Below are positions 41,181-52,640 of a stretch of 64,000 nt of DNA, piece after piece (within the stretch, counting starts at the first letter, position 1; every line of letters begins with the position of its first letter). The notes beneath the pieces were generated by a model. It was not told where the DNA came from, did not search any database, and worked only from the letters and a program-made list of their open reading frames with translations. The position numbers were made by a program, and so were the translations under genes. This DNA is from Candidatus Parcubacteria bacterium (GTDB lineage Bacteria; Patescibacteriota; Minisyncoccia; Phycocordibacterales; Phycocordibacteraceae): positions 52,260 to 116,259 of the forward strand of contig JAXDML010000010.1 of assembly GCA_034666125.1 (NCBI GenBank), written 5' to 3'.

Positions 41181-42422
41181 CTAACGCCAAGGGCGCTTGG
41201 TGCCTAGGGCGACGTCCTTGAGGGACCTGAGGAGCCATAGGGGAGCGATGAGGCGGAAGATGAGCGTATACGCGAGGATGCCCGTGAAGAGCTTCGCCGG
41301 AGTGTTCGACACTCTCTTTCCGATGATGATGAACAGGATGATGCCGGCGCTCGAAACGATGGCGAGGACCGAAAGGACGGAGAGCGGTATGAAGAACCAC
41401 TCGTGCGGTATCTGGGAGAAGGTGTAGGAAAAGGGGATGCCGCGGTGCACGAGGTATCCCTGGACGACATCGTCCACGATCGAGAATATGAGCATGCCGA
41501 AGAGTACGATGCCTCCCAGGATCGCCAAGAAGCCGAGCGGAAGGACCATGAGGCCGAGCACACCGAAGCGGGGATTGGCGATCATGCCGCGGTAGTCGAA
41601 GGCCACGTTCCGGAGAAAGCCCGACGTCCAGCGGGTGCGCTGCTTGATGAGGCCGCGTACGCTCGCGGGGACCTTGGTGTACACGCGGGCTTTAGGCGCG
41701 TTCTCGATCCAGTACCCTTCGCGCTGCAGGCGGAGCGCCATCTCCATGTCCTCGGTCTGATGCCCGAACCGGAAGCCGCCGACCTTGAGCACGATGGCTC
41801 GGCGATAGAGGGAGAACGGCCCCGGGGTCACGTAGATGCCGTTCACGGCCGACATAACGTGCCGGAGCGCGATGCCGAGGATATATTCGACGTGCTGCAT
41901 GACCTCGAGCGGCTTCTTGGGGTCGTGGACGGACATGGCGACGGTCGCCGCCGCCACGCGCGGGTCGTCGAAGCAGGAGATGATCTCGCGCAGCGCGCTC
42001 TTCTCGACGTACGAATCGGCGTCGAGGCAGCCGACCAGTTCGGCATCCTTCGCGTATTCGATGCCGGTGTTGAGCGCGGCGTGCTTCCCGCCGTTCAGCT
42101 GGTGGATGATCTTCACGCGCGGATGGTCCGCGAACGCCTCGTCGAGGATCTCGCCCGAACGGTCGGTCGAGCCGTCGTTCACGACGATGATCTCAAGCCT
42201 GTCCTCGGGATAGTCGAGGGTGAGGAGGGACTCGACGTTCCCCTTGATGGTCGGCTCCTCGTTCCAGCAGGGGACGATCATCGCGACGTGGGGCGTGCGG
42301 GTGCTCAACGGGCGGGCGCGGCGCTCCCGGGCGGGGCCCGAAAGGAAGGTCAGCAGGACGAAGACCTCGAAGTAGAGGCCTATGAAGAGGAGCCCGTAGA
42401 TGAGCACTTCGATGCCACCCAT
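41181..42422 (-). CDS. Family-2 processive glycosyltransferase (cellulose-synthase/PgaC/NodC-like), membrane-integrated
   Basis: 'MIVPCWNEEPTI...VVNDGSTDRS', 'GCLDADSY', 'QRTRWTSGFL' (QxxRW) and flanking TM helices. Start chosen at M24 (MGGIEV) to avoid overlap with pheS; the ORF is open to 42491. Confidence 0.8.
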   Translation of the reverse strand: MGGIEVLIYGLLFIGLYFEVFVLLTFLSGPARERRARPLSTRTPHVAMIVPCWNEEPTIKGNVESLLTLDYPEDRLEIIVVNDGSTDRSGEILDEAFADHPRVKIIHQLNGGKHAALNTGIEYAKDAELVGCLDADSYVEKSALREIISCFDDPRVAAATVAMSVHDPKKPLEVMQHVEYILGIALRHVMSAVNGIYVTPGPFSLYRRAIVLKVGGFRFGHQTEDMEMALRLQREGYWIENAPKARVYTKVPASVRGLIKQRTRWTSGFLRNVAFDYRGMIANPRFGVLGLMVLPLGFLAILGGIVLFGMLIFSIVDDVVQGYLVHRGIPFSYTFSQIPHEWFFIPLSVLSVLAIVSSAGIILFIIIGKRVSNTPAKLFTGILAYTLIFRLIAPLWLLRSLKDVALGTKRPWR

Positions 42423-42483
42423 GATGGGGAAAGTATAGCAAAATAAGGTGTTTTTTCCATGGAGTACGGTATATTCTGGAGAT

Positions 42484-43215
42484 ATGGCCAACGGACGTCT
42501 TCACCCCCTGACCGCCGCTACCCGCGAGATCGCGGACATCTTCGGACGCATGGGCTTCGGTATCGCGGAAGGGCCGGAACTCGAGGACGAGTGGCACAAC
42601 TTCACGGCGCTCCGCATTCCCGAGGACCATCCGGCCCGCGACATGCAGGACACCTTCTGGACAAAGGAAGAGCCTTCCCGCGTCCCGCGCACGCATACGT
42701 CACCGACCCAGATCCGGTATATGGAGGAACAGATGAAGAAGGGAATGCCGCCGCCGTACCGCATCATCGTGCCCGGCAAGGTCTTCCGCAACGAGGCGAC
42801 CGACGCGACCCACGAGGCGCAGTTCTATCAGAACGAGGGACTGGCGGTGGGAGAGGGCATCACGCTCGCGCACCTCAAGGGAACGCTCGACCGATTCTTC
42901 AGGGACTATATCGGCGAGAGCGCGCAGGTGCGCTTCCGCCCGAGCTACTTCTCGTTCACCGAGCCGTCGGTGGAAGTCGACGTGTGGTACGAAGCGCCGG
43001 GTAAAGAAGGCAAATGGCTCGAGGTCATGGGCGCGGGCATGGTGCATCCCGACGTCTTGCGAAACGCCGGAGTTGACCCTGAGAAATACCAGGGTTTCGC
43101 CTTCGGCGTGGGCATCGAGCGGCTCGTCATGATTAAGCACGGCGTAACCGATATCCGAGGCTTCCACTCGGGTGATATCCGCTTCGTGCACGCCTTCGAC
43201 ACGACCGTGCAGTAG
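42484..43215 (+). CDS. pheS: Phenylalanine--tRNA ligase alpha subunit (catalytic core only)
   Basis: 'HPARDMQDTFW', 'FRPSYFSFTEPSVEVDVW', 'GAGMVHPDVL...GFAFGVGIERL' class II motifs. An alternative GTG start at 42448 is possible. Confidence 0.85.
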   Translation: MANGRLHPLTAATREIADIFGRMGFGIAEGPELEDEWHNFTALRIPEDHPARDMQDTFWTKEEPSRVPRTHTSPTQIRYMEEQMKKGMPPPYRIIVPGKVFRNEATDATHEAQFYQNEGLAVGEGITLAHLKGTLDRFFRDYIGESAQVRFRPSYFSFTEPSVEVDVWYEAPGKEGKWLEVMGAGMVHPDVLRNAGVDPEKYQGFAFGVGIERLVMIKHGVTDIRGFHSGDIRFVHAFDTTVQ

Positions 43216-43223
43216 CTAATCAT

Positions 43224-43559
43224 ATGGAAAACGTTTCTTACCAGGATTTCCTTAACGTTGAGCTGAGAGCCGGGACCATTCTCGAAGTCCAAGACTTTCC
43301 CGAGGCTCGACATCCCGCGTTAAAGCTGCAGGTCGATTTTGGCGAGTTCGGTATCAAATGGTCGAGTTCGCAGATCACCACCCTTTACGCGAAGGAAGAT
43401 CTCGTTGGCAGGCAGATCATCGGGGCGGTCAATCTAGGCGACAAGAAGGTCGGGGCTTTCACGTCTGAATTCCTCACCACGGGATTCAAGGACGCTGACG
43501 GGAATATCGTGCTTGCCCAGCCCGATCGACCGGTACCGAACGGCGAGAAGCTCCTCTAA
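43224..43559 (+). CDS. Stand-alone tRNA-binding domain protein (Trbp111/CsaA/PheT-B1-like)
   Basis: 'FLNVELRAGTILEVQDFPEARHPALKLQVDFGE...IGAVNL' matches the tRNA_bind OB-fold. Stop TAA 43557-43559 is 2 nt before the pheT start. Confidence 0.7.
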   Translation: MENVSYQDFLNVELRAGTILEVQDFPEARHPALKLQVDFGEFGIKWSSSQITTLYAKEDLVGRQIIGAVNLGDKKVGAFTSEFLTTGFKDADGNIVLAQPDRPVPNGEKLL

Positions 43560-43561
43560 CC

Positions 43562-45457
43562 ATGAAAGTCTCCCGTAACTGGCTGCAGAAGTTCTTCGAA
43601 GCGCCTCTGCCGGAGGCAGAGGCGCTCGCGGGCGCCCTTACCTTCCACTCCTCGGAAGTCGAAGAGATCCAGGGAGACGTGCTCGACGTGAAGGTGCTTC
43701 CCGACCGCGCCTGCTACATGCTCTCGCACCGCGGCGTCGCAAGCGAGGTTGCCGCCGCGCTCGACATCCCAATGAAGGACGACCCGCTGGCAGCGCCCTT
43801 GCCTGCATGGCCGACCACGGAACAACTTGAACTAACGATACGCATTGACGGCTGCCTGCGCCACCTGGGAGCATTGGTCAGAGGAGTGAGGGTCGGGCCG
43901 TCTCCCGATTGGTTACGGAAAGCGCTCGAATCCGTGGGACAGCGTTCCGTAAACAACATCGTGGACGCTACCAACTACGTGACGCTCAATATGGGTCAGC
44001 CGCTCCACGCGTTCGACGCTTCGAAGATCGGATCGGATCGTGGGATACTCCGCGTAGGAGTGCGCGACACCCTGGAGGGAGAATCGATACAGGTTCTCTC
44101 CGGAGAGACCTACGTCCTTCCCGAAGGAACGCTCGTGATCTGCGAGGGCGTCGACGGAAAACTGCTTGATATCGCGGGCATCAAGGGAGGCATGGCATCG
44201 GCGATAACGGAGCAGACGACGGATCTGTTCATATCGGTCGCGAATTTCGACGGTACGTCCATACGGCGCGCGGCACAGGCACTGAAGCTCTTTACCGACG
44301 CGTCTGCGCGTTTCCAGAACCGCCCGTCATCGGAGCTCGTCGCGTACGGCATGCGGGACGTCCTCAGCCTCATTAGGGAAGTCGCGGGAGGTGAGGTGGT
44401 CGGCGTGACGGATCAATATCCGGCTCCCGAGAGCATGCCCCGCTTGAGCGTGTCCCTGGAGCGCATAAACAAGGTTCTCGGCACGGCGTACGCCGCTTCC
44501 GACGTGACCGGCGCTCTGGATCGGCTCGGCATCCCGCATACGCTGGAAGGCGAGACATTCCATGTCACGCCGCCATTCGTGCGTTGCGACCTCCGCATCC
44601 CGGAAGACATAGCCGAGGAGGCGGGGCGCGTACTCGGGTATGAGCACGTGCCGCCGACGCTACTCCCGGCTTCGGACGGTGCGCCCGACCAGCTTCGCCA
44701 GCGCGGCATCGAACGCATCAAGGACCTGTTGCTTGAGCGCGGGTACGTGGAGATACTCACGCCGTCGTTCGCGAAAGCGGGGGAAATAGAGCTTGCGAAC
44801 CCGCTTCAGATGGATCGTCCATATCTGCGCCCGGACCTGGCGGGGAATATGCGCGACGCGCTCAGGCGCGCGCGCTACGAGGCGCCGCGCACCCTCGGTC
44901 CCGAGCCGTCTCTCAAGCTTTTCGAGATAGGGACGGTCTTTGCGAGCGCGGGTGAAAGCCTGTCGCTCGCGCTTGGGTACGAGTCGCTTACCGGCAAGAC
45001 GTCGAAGCTTATCCTGGATGACGACATCGACGCGCTTATGGAAACGATGCCGGATGCCGGATTCGCGAAGTCCGTGCTGCACGACGGAACCGTCGCCGAG
45101 CTTTCGCTTGCAGACGTGAATCTTGGGTCTCTCGGAGAAGGGTACGAGCCAAAGCGTCTCATACTGGGTCCGTATCGGCCCTATTCGATCTACCCGTTCG
45201 CGCTTCGCGACATCGCCGTCTGGACGACCGAGGTAACGGAAGAATCGGAGGTTGCGCTTCTGATACAGAAGGAGGCCGGAGAGCTGCTCCTGCGTATGGA
45301 TCTGTTTGATAGGTTCGATAAGGACGGGCGCACGTCGTACGCGTTCCGTCTCGTCTTCGAGGCTCCCGACCGCACGCTTTCAGATGCCGACCTCGATCCG
45401 GTCATGGAACGCATCACCGCCGCCCTGAACTCCCGCGATGGGTGGGAGGTGCGCTGA
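43562..45457 (+). CDS. pheT: Phenylalanine--tRNA ligase beta subunit lacking the internal tRNA-binding (B1-type) domain
   Basis: 'MKVSRNWLQKFFEAPLP...' resembles the bacterial PheT N-terminus, which then proceeds directly to the B3/B4 and B5 regions. C-terminal FDX-ACB-like region present. Confidence 0.85.
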   Translation: MKVSRNWLQKFFEAPLPEAEALAGALTFHSSEVEEIQGDVLDVKVLPDRACYMLSHRGVASEVAAALDIPMKDDPLAAPLPAWPTTEQLELTIRIDGCLRHLGALVRGVRVGPSPDWLRKALESVGQRSVNNIVDATNYVTLNMGQPLHAFDASKIGSDRGILRVGVRDTLEGESIQVLSGETYVLPEGTLVICEGVDGKLLDIAGIKGGMASAITEQTTDLFISVANFDGTSIRRAAQALKLFTDASARFQNRPSSELVAYGMRDVLSLIREVAGGEVVGVTDQYPAPESMPRLSVSLERINKVLGTAYAASDVTGALDRLGIPHTLEGETFHVTPPFVRCDLRIPEDIAEEAGRVLGYEHVPPTLLPASDGAPDQLRQRGIERIKDLLLERGYVEILTPSFAKAGEIELANPLQMDRPYLRPDLAGNMRDALRRARYEAPRTLGPEPSLKLFEIGTVFASAGESLSLALGYESLTGKTSKLILDDDIDALMETMPDAGFAKSVLHDGTVAELSLADVNLGSLGEGYEPKRLILGPYRPYSIYPFALRDIAVWTTEVTEESEVALLIQKEAGELLLRMDLFDRFDKDGRTSYAFRLVFEAPDRTLSDADLDPVMERITAALNSRDGWEVR

Positions 45458-45459
45458 AT

Positions 45460-46059
45460 ATGGATTCCCTCACCGTACTCTTTTTCGGCAGGCCCGGCTC
45501 AGGCAAGGGGACTCAGATGCGCTCCCTGCATAAGCATCTTGTAGGAAAGAAGGTTGGCGAAATAGTGCCGTTTGAATGGGCACCGCTGATCCGTTCCTTC
45601 ACAGAAGGGGATTCGAGGATACAGCGCCAGGCTAAGACCGCTATTGATAAGGGGGAAAGGCTTCCCCTTTTCCTCGCTCCGACCCTCTGGCTCCCGGTTT
45701 TCGAGTCCACGCCAGAGAACGCACATTTGCTCGTTGACGGGGTTCCCCGTCACAAGATAGAAGGCGAGCTATTTCACTCGTTGCTCAGTTTTTATAGGGG
45801 TACGCGAGTGGACGTCATTAATCTCGAAGTTCCGGAACAAATATCCCGATTACGTTTACAGCAACGTGGGGAAGCAGAGGGAAGGTCGGATGACCTTACC
45901 GAGGAGTCCATACAGAAACGCCTCGATTGGTTCGTTACCGATACGCTCCCGCTCCTCGATTTCTTTAGGCAGAACGCACTATACCGAGTACATGATATAG
46001 ACGGGACTCAAGGTCGAGACGATGTCGCACAAGCAATTAAAGACTCCGTACTCCCTTAG
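45460..46059 (+). CDS. adk: Adenylate-kinase-family nucleoside monophosphate kinase (short-LID variant)
   Basis: P-loop 'FFGRPGSGKGTQ', 'LLVDGVPRH', 'RSDDLTEESIQKRLDWF'. Start ATG 45460 (MDSLTVLFF). Confidence 0.6.
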   Translation: MDSLTVLFFGRPGSGKGTQMRSLHKHLVGKKVGEIVPFEWAPLIRSFTEGDSRIQRQAKTAIDKGERLPLFLAPTLWLPVFESTPENAHLLVDGVPRHKIEGELFHSLLSFYRGTRVDVINLEVPEQISRLRLQQRGEAEGRSDDLTEESIQKRLDWFVTDTLPLLDFFRQNALYRVHDIDGTQGRDDVAQAIKDSVLP

Positions 46060-46538
46060 CGAGAAAGCTCTTTCTCAAGGCCGCTAAGGTCAGCGTAGAT
46101 AGCGTCGAAGCCTTCAGAGACTTCGGGTGGTTCGGTCCTCATCTTCTCCTCCATCCACTGCATGACCTTAAGAGGAACGACACGATCCCTGGCTACGTTC
46201 CGTTCCTGTGCTACGGCAAATGAAACGTCGAACAGCACTCCAACTATCCGGTTAGCGTTATGGTCGCGGAGGAAATCGATCATCGATTTTCGCTTCCACC
46301 TCTCAAGGAACGTGGCATCCAGGACTACTCCCTGACCCGCTCCGAGAGCTTCCGCAGTACGAAGATTCGCTTCTTCCCAGACAGCTTTCTGGTCCGAATG
46401 GTCCCGCGCATCGCCTAGATGCTCTTCCCGGATCTCGTCCCGATTGATGTACGCAAGACCGTACTTTTCGGCTAGCGGCTTCAAGAAGGTCGTCTTTCCA
46501 GAACCCGGGAGCCCGATGGCCATGATGGCGATCCTCAT
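46056..46538 (-). CDS. P-loop kinase (AAA_33/zeta-toxin-like or polynucleotide-kinase-like ATP-binding protein)
   Basis: 'IAIMAIGLPGSGKTTFLKPL' Walker A; 'VVLDATF' Walker B-like. Confidence 0.5.
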   Translation of the reverse strand: MRIAIMAIGLPGSGKTTFLKPLAEKYGLAYINRDEIREEHLGDARDHSDQKAVWEEANLRTAEALGAGQGVVLDATFLERWKRKSMIDFLRDHNANRIVGVLFDVSFAVAQERNVARDRVVPLKVMQWMEEKMRTEPPEVSEGFDAIYADLSGLEKELSR

Positions 46539-46585
46539 TAGGTCAGAGGATACCACGCTTGACTTGCGGCCTACATTAGCTTTAC

Positions 46586-47344
46586 ATGAAGAGCGGGGAG
46601 GCCTTTAAGAAAGGGACTCAAGTCATGCATCCATACGCTGATCCTACGGTGATCATGTGGTGGGTGCGTCATCCACACAGCGTCGCCATCCAAGACGATA
46701 CCTATTACGGTGATGGGTGCGACATCACCAAGCGCGGAAAGAAGCAGCTTATGCGACTGGGCAGGGAGATCGAGCGCTTGCGCCCCGACCTTATCCTGTG
46801 CAGTCCGGCACTACGGTCCGTGAGGGTCGTACAAGAGTCGGACATCCACTTGTGTGACCGCTTGCGGCGAGAACCCGCTGTCGGGGAGTGGCCGCGTGCG
46901 ACCTGTATGCTCGGAAAGCCGAATTCGAGCGAAGAGGTGATGGCTTATCTGGAGAGCCGGATCAAGCGGTTCGGTCCCGGTCAGGAGGTGTTGCCGGGCG
47001 AGGAATCGTTCGAGCAGACATGCGAGCTCATGGGGGACATCTCCGAAAAGCTCGTCCTCCAGGGCGCACCCATCCGCGCAAAGCATAAGCGTCCTGCCAG
47101 GATCATCATCCAATCGCACGGGAATCGCGGGCGCCAGTTCTTCGCATGGGCGCTTGCAAACGGCGATCCTGAGCTCTTCAGGGGACTGTTCCATCTGTTC
47201 TATAACAAGATCGGCATCGATCCGACCGGCATCATGCCACCGCTCTGGTACGGCCGGTTCTTCCGCGGAGGAGACCTGGGCTGGAATTCCGACTGGGGTT
47301 CGGTCCGGCATCTTCCGCAAAACTTGCGCGACAGCGCGATCTGA
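46586..47344 (+). CDS. Histidine phosphatase superfamily protein (phosphoglycerate-mutase-like)
   Basis: 'IMWWVRHPHS' RHG-type catalytic motif near the N-terminus; 'IIIQSHGN' second His motif. Confidence 0.55.
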   Translation: MKSGEAFKKGTQVMHPYADPTVIMWWVRHPHSVAIQDDTYYGDGCDITKRGKKQLMRLGREIERLRPDLILCSPALRSVRVVQESDIHLCDRLRREPAVGEWPRATCMLGKPNSSEEVMAYLESRIKRFGPGQEVLPGEESFEQTCELMGDISEKLVLQGAPIRAKHKRPARIIIQSHGNRGRQFFAWALANGDPELFRGLFHLFYNKIGIDPTGIMPPLWYGRFFRGGDLGWNSDWGSVRHLPQNLRDSAI

Positions 47345-47346
47345 AA

Positions 47347-47384
47347 GGGGCCCCTCCGCATCGCGCGCGGCGGGGCCTTTTCAT
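47347..47384 (+). terminator. GC-rich stem-loop followed by ttttcatat
   Basis: ggcccc/ggggcc stem read directly. Confidence 0.35.
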
Positions 47385-47388
47385 ATAG

Positions 47389-48141
47389 CTAGGGCTGGTC
47401 GAGCTGACACCAATACGCCCAGCGCTGCCGCTTGCCGGTCTTCCGCTTTATGAGCTTGCCGCCGCAGTGCGGACAGGTACCACGGCCGTGAGCTTTCAGA
47501 TTCTTGCGGAGGATGAACTTTTTCCGCCATCGGTAGAATTGCTTCGAAAAGGCGCGCGTCTCGGTAATGATCTCGCGGAGCTTTTCGGGAGGAAGTGCGC
47601 CGACCCGCAGGGTCGGCGCCGTCCGCGTTATCGACAGGACTTCGTTCTTGATGATATTGCCCACGCCCGCGAAGACATCCTGGTCGAGCAGCACGTCGGC
47701 GATCTCCTCGTCGGGCATCGCGCGTACGCGCTCGTATGCCGCCTCCGCATCCCACTTCGCGTGCATGATGTCGCGGGTGAAGTCGTACTCGCGCTTCGCG
47801 TTCCTGGACTCGATGACCTTCACCGAGCAACTGAAGGCGAGGAACTGCCCGTTCGGGAAGGCGAGCGCAAGCCGCGGCTCCCGCGCCCGGCGGTAGTCTC
47901 CCGTGACCCATACTCCTTCCACTTCCGCCTCGAACGTGCCGAAGAGCATGAAATGGATGCGGATGGCGAAGTCGTCGAACTGGAATACGAGATGCTTGCC
48001 CCAGCTGAAGATGTCCTTCACCTCCTTGCCGGCCAGGCCGGCCGACTCAACGGCCTTCGTATTGCCTGAGGCGGTCTCTACGACCTGTTTCCTGAACGGT
48101 CTGAGCTGTTCCTGAGCAAGGAATAGGGAGGGGCCTTCCAT
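47389..48141 (-). CDS. Fpg/Nei-family DNA glycosylase with C-terminal zinc finger
   Basis: H2TH 'LLDQDVFAGVGNIIKNEVL'; zinc finger 'CPHCGGKLIKRKTGKRQRWAYWCQ'. N-terminus reads M-E-G-P rather than M-P-E. Confidence 0.7.
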   Translation of the reverse strand: MEGPSLFLAQEQLRPFRKQVVETASGNTKAVESAGLAGKEVKDIFSWGKHLVFQFDDFAIRIHFMLFGTFEAEVEGVWVTGDYRRAREPRLALAFPNGQFLAFSCSVKVIESRNAKREYDFTRDIMHAKWDAEAAYERVRAMPDEEIADVLLDQDVFAGVGNIIKNEVLSITRTAPTLRVGALPPEKLREIITETRAFSKQFYRWRKKFILRKNLKAHGRGTCPHCGGKLIKRKTGKRQRWAYWCQLDQP

Positions 48142-48238
48142 GCTCATCAGTATAAAAGGCAAAGAAAAAGCTGGGGTGAAGACAAAACGATAGCCGCCTC
48201 GGGTGAGGAAGCGGCTATCGCTCCCGTCCCTCGGACGG

Positions 48239-48553
48239 CTATATAGGGTTGAGGAGCTCGCCGCTGAATTGGCCGGTGAGCTCGACGGTGCTCCCCTCAG
48301 GCCTCAGGCGCAGCCATTGAGAGTGGCCTACAGTCTTGCGCAACGGCTGCATGTTGCGGCCGGCGAAGTTGTTCGGACACTGGCCGTATTGCCGATGCTC
48401 CGTATCTTCCATCGGTTTCCCGCACCCACAATTGTCGGGAACCTCCTCGGTCGACGCGACGACGAATGGACCGGGTCCGAATGCCGCGAGCGTGACGGAA
48501 CAGACCTTTTCCGGGTCCCAATCGACACGTTGGCCTTTTCTAAAAATGTGCAT
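48239..48553 (-). CDS. Hypothetical small Cys-containing protein
   Basis: ORF only; fills the fpg-gyrB gap. Confidence 0.3.
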   Translation of the reverse strand: MHIFRKGQRVDWDPEKVCSVTLAAFGPGPFVVASTEEVPDNCGCGKPMEDTEHRQYGQCPNNFAGRNMQPLRKTVGHSQWLRLRPEGSTVELTGQFSGELLNPI

Positions 48554-48617
48554 TTCGTGGCCCTCCAGACCGGTTTGAGGCGGCAGTATCCGCGAGTTGA
48601 TCCTGGGTATATTATAG

Positions 48618-50837
<2,220 letters not shown>

Positions 50838-50853
50838 GGTAATTCCCGAAAAT

Positions 50854-50895
50854 ATGAAGAGAGGCCGGCTCCTTAAGGAGTCGGCCTCTCTTCAT
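50854..50895. terminator. Near-perfect 20-bp palindrome atgaagagaggccggctcctt/aaggagtcggcctctcttcat between convergent gyrB and the 50903..51679 gene
   Basis: Read directly; one mismatch. Confidence 0.65.
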
Positions 50896-50902
50896 TCTGA
50901 AA

Positions 50903-51679
50903 TTAGCTCTCGATATCAACCTGCGCGGAGTCGCTGTTGTTGTTCTCGTTGCTTTCGCCCACGTCGCGGCCGCTGTCGACCGTGATGCGCGCCGTGCGGT
51001 TGTTGCCCGAGCGGGGCTCCGTGAAGCAGAGGGTGTAGTCCACGCGGTCGCCGGCACCGAGGGAGCGCTGATTCGATACCGTCCGCGAGAGAGCCGGAGA
51101 AGTGGGGAGGTCATATTCGAAGTCCCACTGGCCCGACGTGTTGGTACCGGCGTTGCGGACCTGGAACTGGATGCCTCCGTTCTCACCGTCAGGCACTTCG
51201 TTGCCGCGACGGAAGGAGGATACGCGGTCGCTCGTGCAGTATCCGACGGCGGTGATCTCGACGGTAAGGTCCGCACGGCCGTAGGGTGCCTGGGGCGGTA
51301 CCGTGACCGGTACGGTGACAGTACTCGGCTGGGTGTACGTGACAGTGCGCGTAGTAGCTGCAGGCGCCGCCGTGTATGTGGGAGTTACCGTAACGACGCT
51401 TGTCTCCGTCGACGTCGCGACGGGTTCGAAGGGAACGGATGTCTCCGTGACGACTACTACGGCTTCCGGTTCAGGCGCTTCCTCCGCCGGAGTAAAGACC
51501 GAAGAGAAGGAGACGGCGCCCGTGCCGAGGCGGTTGAGCGCGACGGGTACGAAGCGCGCCGCGTATATGGCGAGCCCGATGCCGATAAGGATAAGGACGA
51601 TGAAGCCCACGATCGCAAGGGCGCTGAGCGCCGCCTGCCGGCGGGGGGTCTTGTCAGTGGTCGTGGTGGTGATTTCCAT
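50903..51679 (-). CDS. Membrane-anchored surface protein with Thr/Val-rich linker and C-terminal beta-sandwich (CARDB-like?) domain
   Basis: TM 'ALAIVGFIVLILIGIGLAIYAA'; TVT-rich linker; C-terminal region of Asn/Gly-rich beta character. Confidence 0.45.
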   Translation of the reverse strand: MEITTTTTDKTPRRQAALSALAIVGFIVLILIGIGLAIYAARFVPVALNRLGTGAVSFSSVFTPAEEAPEPEAVVVVTETSVPFEPVATSTETSVVTVTPTYTAAPAATTRTVTYTQPSTVTVPVTVPPQAPYGRADLTVEITAVGYCTSDRVSSFRRGNEVPDGENGGIQFQVRNAGTNTSGQWDFEYDLPTSPALSRTVSNQRSLGAGDRVDYTLCFTEPRSGNNRTARITVDSGRDVGESNENNNSDSAQVDIES

Positions 51680-51802
51680 AATGGGTACTGTGTACCACGG
51701 CTCGTCTGGCGTGTCAAGAGGTAGGTCGAAGGCCTTGCTTTACGCCATATTTCGGGTTGCTATTAGAGAACCTTGACAAGGGGTCAATAGTAGTGTAAAT
51801 AT

Positions 51803-52480
51803 ATGCAAGACCATATGGCACATCACGGACACAACCAGGCAGGGCACCGGAAAGCTTCCGGGGTCGCGAGCAAGACGTGGGGCAGGAAGTGGAGCTTCCT
51901 GGGCGTTTTCCTGTTCATGCTCTTCGCGACCACGGGGGTCCTTGGCGCGCTTGACCTGCTTCCTGAGGGAGGTACGGTAGCGGTAGAGAACGGGGACTCG
52001 CTCTCGGCTTCGGCGTCGCTCGCCCTCGAGGATACCGAGAAGCCGACGAGGATCGAGATCCCGTCCATCGACCTTTCGGTCACGGTCGCGAATCCGACCA
52101 AGACCGACGTGGCGACGCTCGATGCCGCGCTCCTTAACGGGGTCGTGCGGTACCCGACCTCCGCCGACCTCGGCGAGAAAGGGAACGTCATCATCTTCGG
52201 CCACTCGAGCTACCTGCCCATCGTCCGTAACGAAGCCTTCAAGGCCTTCAACGACATACAGAAACTGAAGAAGGGCGAACGCATCCTCGTCACGGGGAAC
52301 GACCGCACCTATGTCTACGAAGTGGAAAGCGTGAAGGAGGCGGACGCCGAGGAGGACGCTATCCCGCTTTCGGTCACGGGCAGCAAGCTCACCCTTGCGA
52401 CCTGCGACTCCTTCGGGACCAAGTCCGACCGGTTCATCGTCGTCGCCAATCTTGTCGAGAGCTACCCGGCCGGGAACTAA
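51803..52480 (+). CDS. Sortase-family transpeptidase
   Basis: N-terminal TM; 'VIIFGHSSY' His region; 'LTLATCDSFG' TLxTC catalytic Cys motif. Confidence 0.65.
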   Translation: MQDHMAHHGHNQAGHRKASGVASKTWGRKWSFLGVFLFMLFATTGVLGALDLLPEGGTVAVENGDSLSASASLALEDTEKPTRIEIPSIDLSVTVANPTKTDVATLDAALLNGVVRYPTSADLGEKGNVIIFGHSSYLPIVRNEAFKAFNDIQKLKKGERILVTGNDRTYVYEVESVKEADAEEDAIPLSVTGSKLTLATCDSFGTKSDRFIVVANLVESYPAGN

Positions 52481-52627
52481 CGTTCCTGGACGGATAGCTC
52501 GCTGCAAATCAAATGCATCGGGAAGTCGGATCGCGCAAGCGGTAGCGGCCAAAGATCTTCATAAGACCAGAACTGCACGACCTAGTGCAGCCTAAACCTA
52601 AACCCAGCCGCATTGGCGGCACAGCAC

Positions 52628-52633
52628 AAGGAG
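52628..52633 (+). promoter_or_regulatory. Shine-Dalgarno AAGGAG 8 nt upstream of ATG 52641
   Basis: Read directly. Confidence 0.5.
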
Positions 52634-52640
52634 AAGTCCG

